A stretch of 64,000 bases of DNA from Camelus dromedarius. Taxonomy: Eukaryota. The DNA lies in NCBI RefSeq assembly GCF_036321535.1, contig NC_087449.1:58094001-58158000 (forward strand), read 5' to 3'. Each line of letters begins with the position of its first letter. The stretch's first letter is position 1. Made by a program: the position numbers and the translations under genes. Below, piece by piece: positions 1-41,119 of the stretch. Under the pieces are notes generated by a model. That model saw nothing but the letters and a program-made list of their open reading frames with translations. It made no database searches and was not told the origin of the DNA.

Positions 1-681
1 CTGCCCAGCCATGGGACTGAGCATACAGTGTGTTAACGGCCGTCCTTATAGCACCAACCTTGTGAGGTAACGAACAATATTCCCATTTTACAGATGAGGA
101 CACTGAGGTGCAGAGCAGTCAAGGGACTCATGGTGTGTCCTCAGTCCCTAATCACAGCAGTGGCCACGCTGTTTTGTAATCAATGCCTGTCCGCCACCAG
201 ACTATCACAGGACAGAGGCCTTGTTTGCTGCATCCCAGCCCACCCCTTCCTCTGCCTTTTCTCTTACTAGCTGTGCAATCCAGAGCAAGTCACTTAATCT
301 CTTTGGGTTTCCATTTTCTTGTAAAGTAGGGATGGAGACTGTATCTATTTCACAGGGTGGTTATGAGGATTAAATAGGGTACAAACATGTCAAGTGCTTA
401 GAAATGAGCTAGGACACAGCGGGCACTCAGTGAACAGTAGCAGGTGTTAGTACTATTATCTCTGTGTCCCCAAGGCCCAGCACAAGGCAGGGCCTAGAGT
501 GGGGTTCAGTGTAGGGCCCTTCGGAGGGGCTGAAAGTCAGTGAGTGGGGGTGGAGGGGGGAGCACACTTGGCCTTGAGTCTGGAGAGGCCCGAGGGCAGC
601 CAGGCAACACCAACTCTGCTCAGCCCCTCACTGCCCCAGCCGTGCAACCCAGCCTGGTCCCACCACCCTGATGTTACTCAC

Positions 682-845
682 GGGAAGGTGGATGCAGCGA
701 AGCAGAGAATGGAGATCAAGCCCAGGCCCACACTGGCCTCGTCCCAGCCGTCCTGGGCACACTCGCCAAACACGTCCCATATCCACTGGCGGGAGCCGTT
801 GGGGCAGTTGGAGAAGTTGCCGGAGCCCAGTTTCTTCCAGACCAT
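682..845 (-). CDS. SLC66A1: Lysosomal cationic amino acid transporter 1 (PQ-loop protein), first coding exon only; the rest of the gene lies left of the window
   Basis: Reverse complement of 845..682 reads MVWKKLGSGNFSNCPNGSRQWIWDVFGECAQDGWDEASVGLGLISILCFAASTFP, recognisable as the PQLC2/SLC66A1 N-terminus. It ends at a CC|GTGAGT donor (681-676). The pyrimidine-rich acceptor ctgtag at 911-906 puts the exon at 905..682. Not in the ORF track because it is under 60 codons. Confidence 0.93.
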
Positions 846-1082
846 AGTTGCAGAGGAAGGGAGGGAGGGAGAGAGGGTACCGGTGTGCCGAGGCAGGCGA
901 GGGCTCTACAGGGAAAAAGAGGGGGCCTTCAGTTTGGGGAGATCCAGGTCCCAGTCCTGGTCCGGCCAACCTAAGCCCATCTCAGCCTTACCACCTGGCA
1001 CCGGCCGAGCCCCTGAGCCAGACAGAGGACACAATCAACCTCAAGCACTAAGGTCAAAGCAACCACGCGTGCGGGGAGCGCT

Positions 1083-1270
1083 GGCTCTGTGGTCAGGGAC
1101 AAGAGCATTCAAATCCCAGCTCGACGTGCTAACAGTGTGACTTCGGGCAAGAGACTCAGCCTCACTGTGCCTCAGTTTCCTCATCTGCAAGATGGGGACG
1201 ACAACAGTGCCTCCTCCACACAGTTGTGAGGATTAAATGAGTTCATAAATACGGTGTAGAGAACTGAGCC
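1083..1270 (+). mobile_element. MIR SINE
   Basis: MIR core: ttcaaatcccagct...gtgacttcgggcaag...cctcagtttcctcatctg...gttgtgaggattaaatgag. Confidence 0.7.
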
Positions 1271-1402
1271 CTCAGACAATGTCACCTCTGTTATAACTCT
1301 TGAATGTCTATAACTCTGAATTCTTCTTGTAAATTACACTGTGAGGGTCTTCTGAGACCAGGCCCATTAATTACATTATCTCATTTAAAGTACAGTTGTC
1401 CC

Positions 1403-1428
1403 AGATGAATGAGTAAAGAAGATGTAGT

Positions 1429-1471
<43 letters not shown>

Positions 1472-1840
1472 GGAATACTACTCAGCCATAAAAGGATGAA
1501 GTTTTGCCATTTGCAGCAACATGAATGGACTCAGAGGGCATTACAGTAAGTGAAATAAGTCAGACAGAGAAAGAAACACTGTATGCTATCACTTACATGT
1601 GGAATCCAAAAAATTACAACAAACTAGCAATTATAACAAAAAAGAAGCAGACTCACAGACAATGAGAACAAACTAGAGGTTACCAGTAGGGCGAGAGAAG
1701 GGAGGAGGGGCAAAATGGGGGGGGGAGACTAAGAGGCACAAACTATTAGGTATAAAATAAGCTACAGGGATATATTGTACAACACGGGAATATAGCAAAG
1801 TATTTTATAATAACTGTAAACGAAGTATAACCTTAAAATC
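1403..1840 (+). mobile_element. 5'-truncated LINE-1 3' end with 17-bp target-site duplication
   Basis: L1 ORF2 end and 3'UTR (atggaatactactcagccataaaa...gtgaaataagtcagacagagaaag). Flanked by an identical taaagtacagttgtccc at 1386-1402 and 1841-1857. Confidence 0.85.
1431..1468. repeat. (AC)19 microsatellite inside the L1
   Basis: Direct reading. Confidence 0.95.
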
Positions 1841-2596
1841 TAAAGTACAGTTGTCCCCCAACATTGGTCAGACGAGGCAAATAGAGAAGGACCAGGGAGC
1901 CCCCGGGTTGCACAGGTGGTGGGACTGAAGTTTGGCGTGTTTGAGCTGTATTCTCTCAGCATCTCTTGTGTGTGGGATGCCTGCCAGCAAGGCATCCAGA
2001 GCCACCTCCCCATTCTCATCACTGACAGAGCTAGGAACTGGCTGCTTGCAGGGGCAGGCAGGGAAGTCCCCTCCTGGTGTCTGGGCACCCTGAACAGTGA
2101 CTAGAGCAGTCACTGCCCACGTGACACTCCCAGAGGAGGAAGAGAAAGTGGGGCTGTGGAGAATCATCACAGCCCTGAGCTCTTGAGCAGCTCTGTGCTA
2201 AGCACCTCACAGGCCCTTCTGCATTTTTGCCACACATCAACTCTATGAAGTGGGGGCTGCTGATACAGCCATGGGGACCCAGGAAAGTGACTTGCCAGGA
2301 CCATCCAGGCAGGAAGTGGTAGGGCCAAGAGTCAAAGCCAGGACTGGGATCCAAACCCCTGCTCATAGCCACCATGCCATGCTGCCCCCAGCACTTCTGT
2401 CCCTGGGCGCGGTGGAACCCTCCCGTGGTCTGGCGCAGCAGCCCAGCGACTCGTGCAGCCAGAAGGCAGGCTTCCTCTTTTCACTGAGCTCAGAAGGGCT
2501 TTCCTTATCCAGGGTGAGGCTCTCTCCAGCCACCTCCAGTTCCTGAGTGTGTCAAAAGACCCAGGATTCTCATAAAGCAACGTCCTATAACTGAAA

Positions 2597-2960
2597 GCTA
2601 GAGACTGAATGTTATGTCCCACCCCCACCGCCCGCCTCCAAATTCCTATGTTGAAATAACGTGCAATGTGATGGGATTTTGAGCTGGGGCCTTTGGGGAG
2701 TAGTTAGGTCACGAGGGCAAAGCCCTCATGAATGGGATTAGCGCCCTTATAAACAGACCTCAGAGAGACCCCTCACCCCTTCTGCCAGGTGAGGACACAG
2801 AGAGAAGACAGCCACCTATGATCTTGGAAGTGGATCCTCACTAACAGCAAATCTCCCAGCACCCTGATCTTGGACTTCCCAGCCTCCAGAACTGGGAGAA
2901 ATTAATGTTTGTTTCTAAGCCACTCAGACTACGGTACAGTGATCTGAATGGGCAAAGACA
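2597..2960 (+). mobile_element. MaLR solo LTR (MLT1A-like)
   Basis: gactgaatgtt...ggggcctttggg...atgggattag...cttggacttcccagcctccagaact...aagaca, typical of MLT1A/MLT1A0. Confidence 0.8.
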
Positions 2961-4610
2961 TCTCGGCCAGACCTTTGGAACTGCTGAGGTCACAGCAATC
3001 TGGGGGTATCGGAAGGGAAAGGAAGCGAGTCAGCTTCTTTTCTCAGGAAGCTCGAGGCTCTCAGCCCTAGTGTGACTCGCCAGGGAGCCCAGAGCTGGAC
3101 GCAAGGGTATCCGAGGTCACCACCTGCCCAGTTCACGGCAGTACCTCCAGGGCCCCACAAGTGTGGCTGAAAGCCTCTTCCTGTCCCTTGGTGACCCACC
3201 TTGACCTTCGGCACAGCTGATGCCTGAGCCGTTTACCTGATGTCCTGCCACCAGCACCTGCAAGGCCACCCAAGGTTAGCATCCAGTCCAGGTAGGCGCT
3301 GTGCCTCTGCAGTGCCAAAAGGCATGGCAAATCAAGTCCTTTGCCACCCTCGTAACTTCTCTGTGAGGGGAACACTGTCCTCATTTTACAGATAAGGTTG
3401 AGTGGCCTTGCGCAAGTAACCGTCTGAGTCTGTCTATAAAATGAGGATAATGACACTTACTCCTCGGGGCTGCTGTACAGATGAAATGCACATAAATCTC
3501 TTAGCCGGGTGTCTGATGTAACGGTAGTGACTGTTTTGAGAAGGAGAGTCCAGTACCTCAACTACCCTGAGGCCATTCTCACTCCCTCTTTTCACCCCGA
3601 TTAGGGAAGAAATAAGGTGGACACATGCCCAATGAGGGGGAAGGGGGTTGAGGGATGTACCTTGGCTCACAGGGCCCAGGGCACTGGGTAGGTGGTCCCC
3701 TGTCCATGCCCAGAGCCCCTTGTACAGCTCCGGGCTCAGGACACTCTGAGACACACCTGCACCCCGAACAGAAGGGGCTTTCCTCTGAGGGCCACTGTGC
3801 ATGGAGCCTGTCACCTGTAGATTCTGGCTTCTGAGAATGGGCCCACCTCCTGGTCCAATAGCATCGAGTAAATGGATGTCCGGGGTTGCAACAAAGGTTG
3901 ATCAGCTCTGTACGTCTGACAAGGACCACAGCAGGGGGGCCTTGGACTCAGTGAGGGCACATGTTTGAAATTCAGGATCAGTGAGTCTGGGCTGGGGCTC
4001 AGGGACCTCGGGTTGAAGAAGCTCCCCCAGGGGATGCTGGTGCATGTGGCCAGACTTTAAGAAAGGCAGCGCTGGGAAAGGCATCTCCTGCCACAGGCAA
4101 GCTCCTCTTCCAGATCCCAAGCTGAGTCAGGGAGAGGCTTCCCACTGAAGCTGCTCAAGTGGCCACCCTTATCTATCAGATAAGTCCAAATTCCTTGAGA
4201 CAGGGCCCCAGGGTACTCCAAGAACTGACCTCCCTACCTCCTCTCCAGTTCCTCCCTCTGAATCTTCAGACAGTCATCCTCAGGCCTGCAGACTTCTGTA
4301 TATGCCATCTCTTCCCCTAGGCGTGTTCTCTCCCCGCCGGAGGGCGTGGTAAAGATACTAAGACCCTGTTTTCCACTGCCTTCTCAAAGAGGGGGTCTTG
4401 CAGGAGCTGACTGGACAACACTTGTCATCTCTTCCCCCACCCTGGTCCGTATGCCCGAAGAATGCTCATCACTCTCTTCAGCGACCTTCACATCTAAGCC
4501 CACTCCACTCCCTTCAGCCTAGTTGTAAACTTTTTCTTGGGGCCTAGACACACCAGCTGCACAGTAAAGGTTAAGAAAATTAGTGAAAGACAGACAGAGA
4601 GATGGGGCCG

Positions 4611-4690
4611 GGAGGGGAGGGAAAAAGGAAGGAAAGAAGGAAGAAAAGAAAGAAAGGAGAGAGAGGAAGTCCGAAAGGAAAGAAGGAAGA
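4611..4690. repeat. Purine-rich (GA/GGAA) low-complexity tract
   Basis: Nearly pure A/G run. Confidence 0.85.
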
Positions 4691-5559
4691 CCTAATTGGG
4701 AGCTTGGACGGCCTAGGGATGAGGAGAAAGTACCCTGGAACTGACCTGTCTGATGCCTACTAGTATAGAACTCTTGGGCAAGTGATTGAGCCTCAGAGTT
4801 CCAATCTGTAAAATGGAGGGGGGGGGCGTAATGCAAGTATCCACCCCCTAGGCTAATGGCAGAGTTAAATGAGATAATCCAGGCCAAGTGATTAGAATGG
4901 TGCCTGGCACAGGTGAAACACTCAGCAGTAATAGTCAGGGATGGCTATTATTCTGTTCTGGCTGTAGCTCTCCCCCCTCCCCTACAGGGACCCTGGCAAA
5001 CAGCAGGCTTCAGTACGCGTTGAATAGACAAGACTGCGCCAGTCCTCACACTTCCAAGCGCAGACTCCCCACTTACACACTTGGAAGCCTGTCCTAGGCG
5101 TGTGGTGGGAGGGGACAATCTAGGCTCCCTGCAGACCTGGGGAGTACCTGAGGGGAGGAGCGTCCCGGCTTGGGGCGGCGGTCCTCCAGCTCCTTGGTCT
5201 CAACACCCTCTGAGTGACTCAGCCCAGCACGGGCCGCCTGTTTGGTGGGGATAATGACAGGGCAGCCGCTGGGATTAGTGCTCATTTGCCGCGAGGCCCC
5301 CCTCCCCTGGCCTGCCCTGGGGAAAACAAAGCCGTCAGAAGTGAAGGGGCCTGTCGGCCAAGACCAGGAGCTGAAAAGGAAATCCAGACCCCAACCTTTG
5401 GCCAGGCCGATCCAAGAGGCCATGCTGGTCACCCCTGAGGAGGGGGACGTGGGCCCCCAAGGCCTCCCCAATCCCAGCCCACAGCCTCGCTCCAGGATCT
5501 CATGCCCCAAAGTGGGGACAGGAGCCCCAGGATGGTCCAGGGGCTGGGGGAGAGGGTAG

Positions 5560-11848
<6,289 letters not shown>

Positions 11849-12396
11849 GCCTCGCCCTGACTTGGGGTGGCAGGCGGCACACACCTCTCTCTCACCTGGC
11901 CAGCTTTGACCTTTAACTGCGTTATGTATCCAGTTCTTCTCACAGTCCCTGTTCACAGATCGTTTATTTCCTCTGTTGTTAATACTCCCAGTGGCCTCCG
12001 TCATGTGACGGGGCTGCCGTCTACTCGGGCATTTCCTGTCTGAATAGAGCCCCTTGACCTGGCTGAAGCCCAGGCCCACAGCAAACCTGGTGAACGTTTC
12101 CTCTATAGCCTGCGGCCTGTGTCCTGTCCTTCCCGTGGGCTTGGTGAGAAGCAGGCAGGAGTAGGGGTTAACCTTCAAAGGGCAGGGGCAGCGGGATGGT
12201 CTCCCCAGCCTCCTGCCCTGAATCCAGGTTGACCCCTCAGCAGCAGGGCTGGAGGTGGCCCTCACGCTTCTTCCCACGAGAGACAAGAGAGCTCACACCC
12301 AGAGGCAGATCGCCTCTCACTTAGAATCACCTCATTCAACACTTCGAAATGGAATTATTTGGGCAAAAACCTACCGCTAGGGTCACCATCCAGCAG

Positions 12397-12402
12397 AATA
12401 AA
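12397..12402 (+). terminator. AATAAA, likely AKR7A2 polyadenylation signal
   Basis: First canonical hexamer I found after the stop at 11848, with U-rich sequence downstream. Confidence 0.55.
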
Positions 12403-12704
12403 ACCTCTCAGGACACCGTGGGACATTTTAACATTCACTCCGTTTCAGCAGTGGCTTTTTACTCTTGTCTTAGCAAATCCCAGTTTCCAGCCAGGAGCAC
12501 GAGGGCTAGAGGACGGGAGAAGCCCTGGCCCTGGTGGTTCCTCTCGTGTCCCCAGAGCTATGTGGCCCCGGTGCTCACACAGGAGCCAGGGTGGAAGCTG
12601 GCTCAAGGTGAACAAAGGGAACCTTGGGAATCCAAACAAAAGTCCAAACCCAAAGGCTTTTTAAGAAAAGTCTCTTTTGCAGGGAGACACCCTGCTGACA
12701 AAGT

Positions 12705-12710
12705 TTTATT
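12705..12710 (-). terminator. AATAAA, likely MRTO4 proximal polyadenylation signal
   Basis: tttatt on the plus strand, about 145 nt beyond the MRTO4 stop at 12855. Confidence 0.65.
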
Positions 12711-14002
12711 ATTTACAGAGAAACAGTCTGTCCCTGTCGCCTCTCTCATCTTCACCCACAGCCAAATAAACAGCTGCTCCTACAGGGGGTGGCGGCAGTC
12801 CCATGTGGTCCAGCCAAGAGGAGACATGAACAGGCCCTCAGTCCCAAGGACCCATCAGCTGTCATCGTCCTCCTCTGATTCGTCTTCCGACTCAGGCGCG
12901 CTCTCTGGCAAGTCATCGCCCATCTGCTGGAACCTTCCAGACTGCGCATCCCACATGTATTCGATGGTCACCTTGAATTCGGCCATTTCATACCCGAAAA
13001 GCTTCTGCAAGAGACAAAGGAAATCAAAGGTCAGGAGGAACAAGTGTGGTCAGAAGTGTCTGTGGCCCCTCCTGCCTCGGCCTGGAGATGGCTGGAAGGG
13101 GTCACACTCACCAGGACGCGGGCCTGCTCCGGGGTCAGCACATCACCCTCCCTGCACACCTCGTAGTCGGACAGCAAGGTCACCACACCTGCAGAGGAGG
13201 GCAGGGGTTAATCAGCAAGCGTTCAGCTGCCTGGGAGTTTCAGGGCAGGGGACAGTGACCCCTACATAGTCCCTTAGCCGCCGTATTCTGGCTGTAAGTC
13301 ACTGTCCGCTTTCATCCCAGCTCTGAGGGGGGCGCTCAGCCCCACTTTCACATGAGAAAATGGAGGCTGGTAGTAATAACCTGCTCAGCCAGAACGGGGA
13401 GGTGGGGGCAACGGCAGGCTTGGAAGCCTGCAACCTTGGCTGCTAAGCTGTGACCTTTCAGCTCTAGGGACGTCCCCGTACCTTTCTTGAGGGCAGTGGG
13501 CAGGCCCAGCTGCCTCAGCTGCGGCTCCATGGAGTGGGGGAACTGCTCCAGGGGCCCCGGGTCCAGGCTCACGGTGAAGGTTGCTTTGTTCCCCGCTCGA
13601 GCGTAGTCCATTTCCGTGTATTTTGTGAACCACCTCGGGGGAAAGGGAAGTGGCAGGAGGGGTGGTTTGTGAGGGGCCCGCCCACGCGCCTGGAGTCAGG
13701 CTCTGCCCTGGGCCTCGCCCCCCCACCCCCATACTTCTCAGCTCAGCCTGGAGAGAAGTGAAGCACTGGAAAGAATAAAGACTCGGTAACAGGGTTCCAG
13801 GGACCAGTTCTTAGCTGATGTACAAAGCCCGGGATTATTCCTTCCCTGGAGACCTCCCCAACCTTTCCCTTCCCACCACTCCCCCAAACACTTACTCGTT
13901 TACTTCCTCCTTAGTGCGATTGGTGAAAAGGAGACCAACTTCACCCCTCAACTTCTTGCTGACCTACAAAACCACAGTGAGGTCGGTTCAGTCACATTAG
14001 AG

Positions 14003-14118
14003 CAGTGGTTCTCCACTGGGGACAACACTGCAGCCCCACCCCCCACATCTGGCAACATCTGGAGACATTTTTGGTTGTCACAGCTGGAGGTGGCGGCACT
14101 ACTCTCTGGGCCTGGAGG
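14003..14118 (+). mobile_element. MER20-like hAT DNA transposon fragment in MRTO4 intron 4
   Basis: cagtggttctc...tggcaacatctggagacatttttggttgtcac is characteristic of MER20. Confidence 0.7.
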
Positions 14119-17100
14119 TTAAAGCAGAACAGAGCTTTACGCCAGGCCTTGCTCTCTCCAACCCCAGGCCAGCCTGACGGCCAGAGTATGTGTCGTGAGA
14201 GCAGCAGAAGGCAGCCTGGCCTTGGCCCCTCCCAGGGTGGCCTGGAGACTCACCTGATGCAGATTGTCTTTGTACTCGTCAGATGGGCTTCGACCCAAGG
14301 CTACCATCATCACTTTGTTTTTGCCGAAGAACATCCTACAGAGAAAAAGAAAGATTCATGAAGGAAGTGCCTTGCCCTGTCCTCCCTTTAGTTAAGGGCA
14401 AAGCAGCTCCAGTCTCCAGAGCCTGAGCCTAGGCCTAGGCCATTTTGTAGCAGAAGGTATGGCCGGAGGCTCCCATTTTTCCACGCAGCCCTGCCCCCTC
14501 TGTCCCCGGCCCAGGGTCCCTTTTGTTATCTTCCTGCACATTCTCTGACATTCACTGTATTTTGTCTCAGCCACTCTGAGTGTTAGGTGATCATGCCCCC
14601 CCCGGCCCACACCCCCATCTGGATGTATGGAAGAGGCCCATTTAATGGTATGAACCAGAGCAGGTGAAATGTTCCTTAAGGGACCACACCCCAGGGTTAA
14701 CGGAGTTCCTTCTCCTGGAGGAATCCCTGAGCAACACCCAAGTCCCGCCTCTGGAGGAGCTCAATGCCAAGACCAGCTTTAACAGTTAACAAGCACCTGT
14801 TGCTGGAAGTGTGGCATTTTGTTCTTATTAAGGCGCCATCTGTGACCCTAGTACCCAAGGCCGTTAGCTGCCCCTGTGCTTTGAGAGCAGTCCGGCCCCT
14901 TCGGTGTGAGGGCAGCCCCCCCCTCGGCCGCTCACTCACCGGCTGTGCTTCCAGGCGCTGCGGATTTCCTTCAGCTTGCTGTTCCTCATATTGGCCACAG
15001 AGAAAATGAAGAGGTACTTGTACATGTCCACACATTTCCGAAGCTGCGGGACAATTCATGGGGCTCTGGAGTCCAAGGGGCAGCAGGGGTTGGGCAAGAC
15101 TATGGCCTCAGACAGGAAGAGTCTGCTCTCGATCTCTTACAACCATGGAAGTTTAGAGCCCGAGGCCTCACACTTCCACTACTGAAGCCAGGATACTCAG
15201 TACAAGGGCTGCCCTGATACCAAGCAGGGAAAGCTGAGCCCAGGCCAGCAACCCACCATCCTCCCAGGCTTCCGACTTACTGCAGCCAACAGTGGAACCA
15301 GCCGCTTTGCTTTGTCTAGTAGCTCTTGACAACCTAGAAATTTAGCTACACTAGGATGGCTCCTGCTACATGAAAACATAGAAAGCCTTACTGTTTACTC
15401 ATAAGAGGACACAGCTTATTGGCTCTGTGGTGCCCACGTTGCTGGCTGCAGCCACAATGAGCTGGAAGCAGCATCTCTGAGCAGTAGACTCCGCTCTCAC
15501 CCAGCCCGCAGCACTAAGGCAGTGCAGTCAGAGGGCTGGTGCATATACCCACATTTGGTGACTCCCTGGCTTTCTGACGTGGGGCAAGTTAACCCATCTC
15601 TGTAAACTTCAGTTACCCAACTGCCACAGTCACGTCGCATCTCCCTCCCACGGATGCTGTGAGGAAGGAGTGGAAAGGCACGTATGAAACAGCACTGCAG
15701 GGCAGAGCAAGAGCTCAATCAAGGCTGCAAAGCATCACTACGGGAGCTTTTATTGGTGCTGCTGCTGGAGGAAAAAGGGCTGGATCAGCAGCTTGATTTC
15801 TTTCTTAAAGCAGCATGTTTCCCTGACAAGCAGCCCTACACCCACCTTTGTAAACCAGACACAAGTTCTGGAAAAATAGAAAGAACAAGCTCTTACCTCT
15901 TCTATCAAGTTCTGTTTCAGTTCCAAGCCTTTCTTGGCAGTTTTGGTTAGGGAGACTAATACAGAGAAGAAAAAGGGGACGGTGAGACAAATGGGGACGC
16001 CCTGGAGACTCGTTTTCTTCTCCCCTTTAGCAGCCCAGCTGGACCAAGCCAGTCTGAGGAAAGGCGGCAAGGCTTTCGCGGCCACTACTTCTGGTACACA
16101 AGGCTACTCCCAGGGTCCCCAGAGAACCTACTCTCCAGTGTTCCGGAGCCTGAAGATCCCTTGATCTTTCCTGTTACTTAGACAAACCAGGTGTTCCTTA
16201 GCCCCTCTGAGGCTAACCTGAAAATCCCTCCTGAGGTTTGGGGGCAGGGCTGGTACTGCCTCTGCTTTCAGTGGCGGACCTCGCCTGCTAGCCATGGTGC
16301 ATAGAGATCATCTCTGGCTGGTCTGTGCTGTGGAAGGACGAGTCTGGGGACAGTAGCTCCTTTGCCACATCTTGTCTTGCAGTTTGGACCCATGGATGCA
16401 ACAATGCCTCTTTGGGGAGGGACAAGCATCTCTAACAGCTGGGGCCCAATCTGCCTCTGACTCAGAAGGTTTGGCATTTGCCAGATTTGACCAGGGCTCT
16501 CTCCACAGCATCCGATTATTCCACAAACACTTAAGAGAACAGCAAATGAAAAGCCCTGGCTCCTAGGAGGGGGCCACCTCTTGCACTCACAGTCCCTCTT
16601 CATGAAGCACACATGTAGAAAGGTAATCATACCAGTAGGGGCAATTGCAGCACTGGGCCAAGCCAGCACCTTGCTCTCTTGGATTATTGCTGGTCTGGCT
16701 GCTTCTGCACCTGTCCACTGACCCTGCCTTCTCCACTCTATTCCCAAAAAGGCAACTAAGGTGATCTTTTAAAAGTAAAGTTGAACCCCATCAATCCCTC
16801 TGCTCACCTGGGTTTTCGAAAGGTAATTCCTTGCAAAAACCTTTCAAGCCCTGCACACCCTGCCCAATTCCCACTCTGCTTTTTGCTTGCTCTGTTCAGC
16901 TACACTGGCCTCTTATCCCAAAATATGTTAAACATGCTCCCGTTCCAGGGCCTATGTACTTTTTGGTGCTCCCTCTCTTCAGACCACCACTCTCCCAGGT
17001 AACTCCAGGTTTCTGCTCATTTGCCTCCTCATCAGAGAGGCCTTCTCTGTCCTCACTATACAAAAGGATACCACCATCTCTTTCACTTTTACTCCAGGGG

Positions 17101-17399
17101 ACTCATTACTATCTGACTTTATTTATTCGATTTTTGGTATTGCAGGGGAGAATACACTTCTGACGATTAAAATGTTAAGCTCGATGAGGGCTCCACGCCT
17201 TCCTTGTTGTAACTATCGTGTCCTCCAACCCCTGGAGAGTGCCAGACCCCTAAATACTCGTTCAGCGAATAAACTAGAAAGCTAGGGTGAGAGACGCACC
17301 ACGGTAGTCGGGAGGTGCCTACGAACTGCCAACCAAGAAAAGAGCCAGTCATACGAAGACCGGAGCACAAGCACGCCAGGCAGAAGCAACTTCAAGTAC

Positions 17400-39926
<22,527 letters not shown>

Positions 39927-41113
39927 AGACCCAAGACCCACTGCCAGGGAGCAGAGAGCCCGGGGAGCGAGGGTCAGCTCAGAAGCTCCAGCTGCAGTTT
40001 GACAGGTTTGGGGAGGATGGGTGTCGGGCGCTCATCTCAGCTAAGAGTGGTGGGGAAGAAGATGGACTCTCAAGGAGACTCCTTTTGGGATACGTCTGAT
40101 GAGGAGTCATCGGTGGTGGATGGAAGCAGAACTTACCCTCTCAGCCGAGATCTCAAACCATCTCGATGGACTTTCCCCTGGAGTTCAAAAGCCATTGCCC
40201 TGTTTCCTTTCTGTGCCCATCCATGAATGTTGTTTTATAAGACACAGAACAGATTTTTCTCTTTCGTGAGGCCTGTTCAAATTAATTTTGGTTTGCCTGT
40301 TTCCCAGGTTTATCTAGAAATTCTTCTGTTTCCCTGCTCCTTGCTTCAGAGTCGGAAGGAAACCCTTATTGACAGCTCCACCTTACAGGTGCATTTGCTG
40401 TTTTACACTGGGGAGAAAGAAGACCCATCCTTAGCTGAAGTTAGGTTGAAGACTGAGCCAGCCTCTCATGGCTTCTCTCTAAAGTAACTGTGGGTCAAGG
40501 AATGTACAAATGGTGACAAAACTTCTTTAAACTAAGCCGCTAATTTCATGCTCTCATTTCACATCAGTGGGCTGCCCAGTCATCAATTCAGTTTATCAAA
40601 AGCCAAGTGCATGATAGTGTCTTGGTTTATTGGTCGTTGTCTCTGCTTTTCGCCTAAGTTGTGTCCGAGCTGAGGCATTTTTACTACTACTGAATTGTCT
40701 GAACCTTGAAGAGATTTCAAGGGAGGAAGGCAAATCTGCCCATTTCACAGTCTCTCATAATCTCTCATTTCACCCACGGGCCGGTCTAGCCACCTACCCC
40801 AGTTAGAGAAAGTTGTCCTTGTTTAAGAACCTCATTATTTATTTTCAGTTATAAATTAATGTGTGGGTTACTGTATTTCTCTTAAAATGAGCAGATTTGA
40901 AGTCTTACTGATCTTTAAAAAAAGGAGGGAGGGAAAGGCTGGGGGAGGAAACTGGTGTCTTGTGGATATAGCATTGCTGATTGGGCTGTTGTCTCTGCTG
41001 CAAGTTAAAGATGTCCTAAAAGCCTTCCCTTGTTCATGGATCTGGGGGATGATGGAGTTTTTCTTTACTGTGAAGAATGAGAGCCCTGTCAGAGAGGTAC
41101 GTTTAAGGGTCTG

Positions 41114-41119
41114 AATAAA
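41114..41119 (+). terminator. Candidate EMC1 polyadenylation signal (AATAAA)
   Basis: Canonical hexamer about 1.2 kb after the stop, followed by U/GU-rich sequence (ctgttttaagtcctcttttgtggctttgg). Confidence 0.45.
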
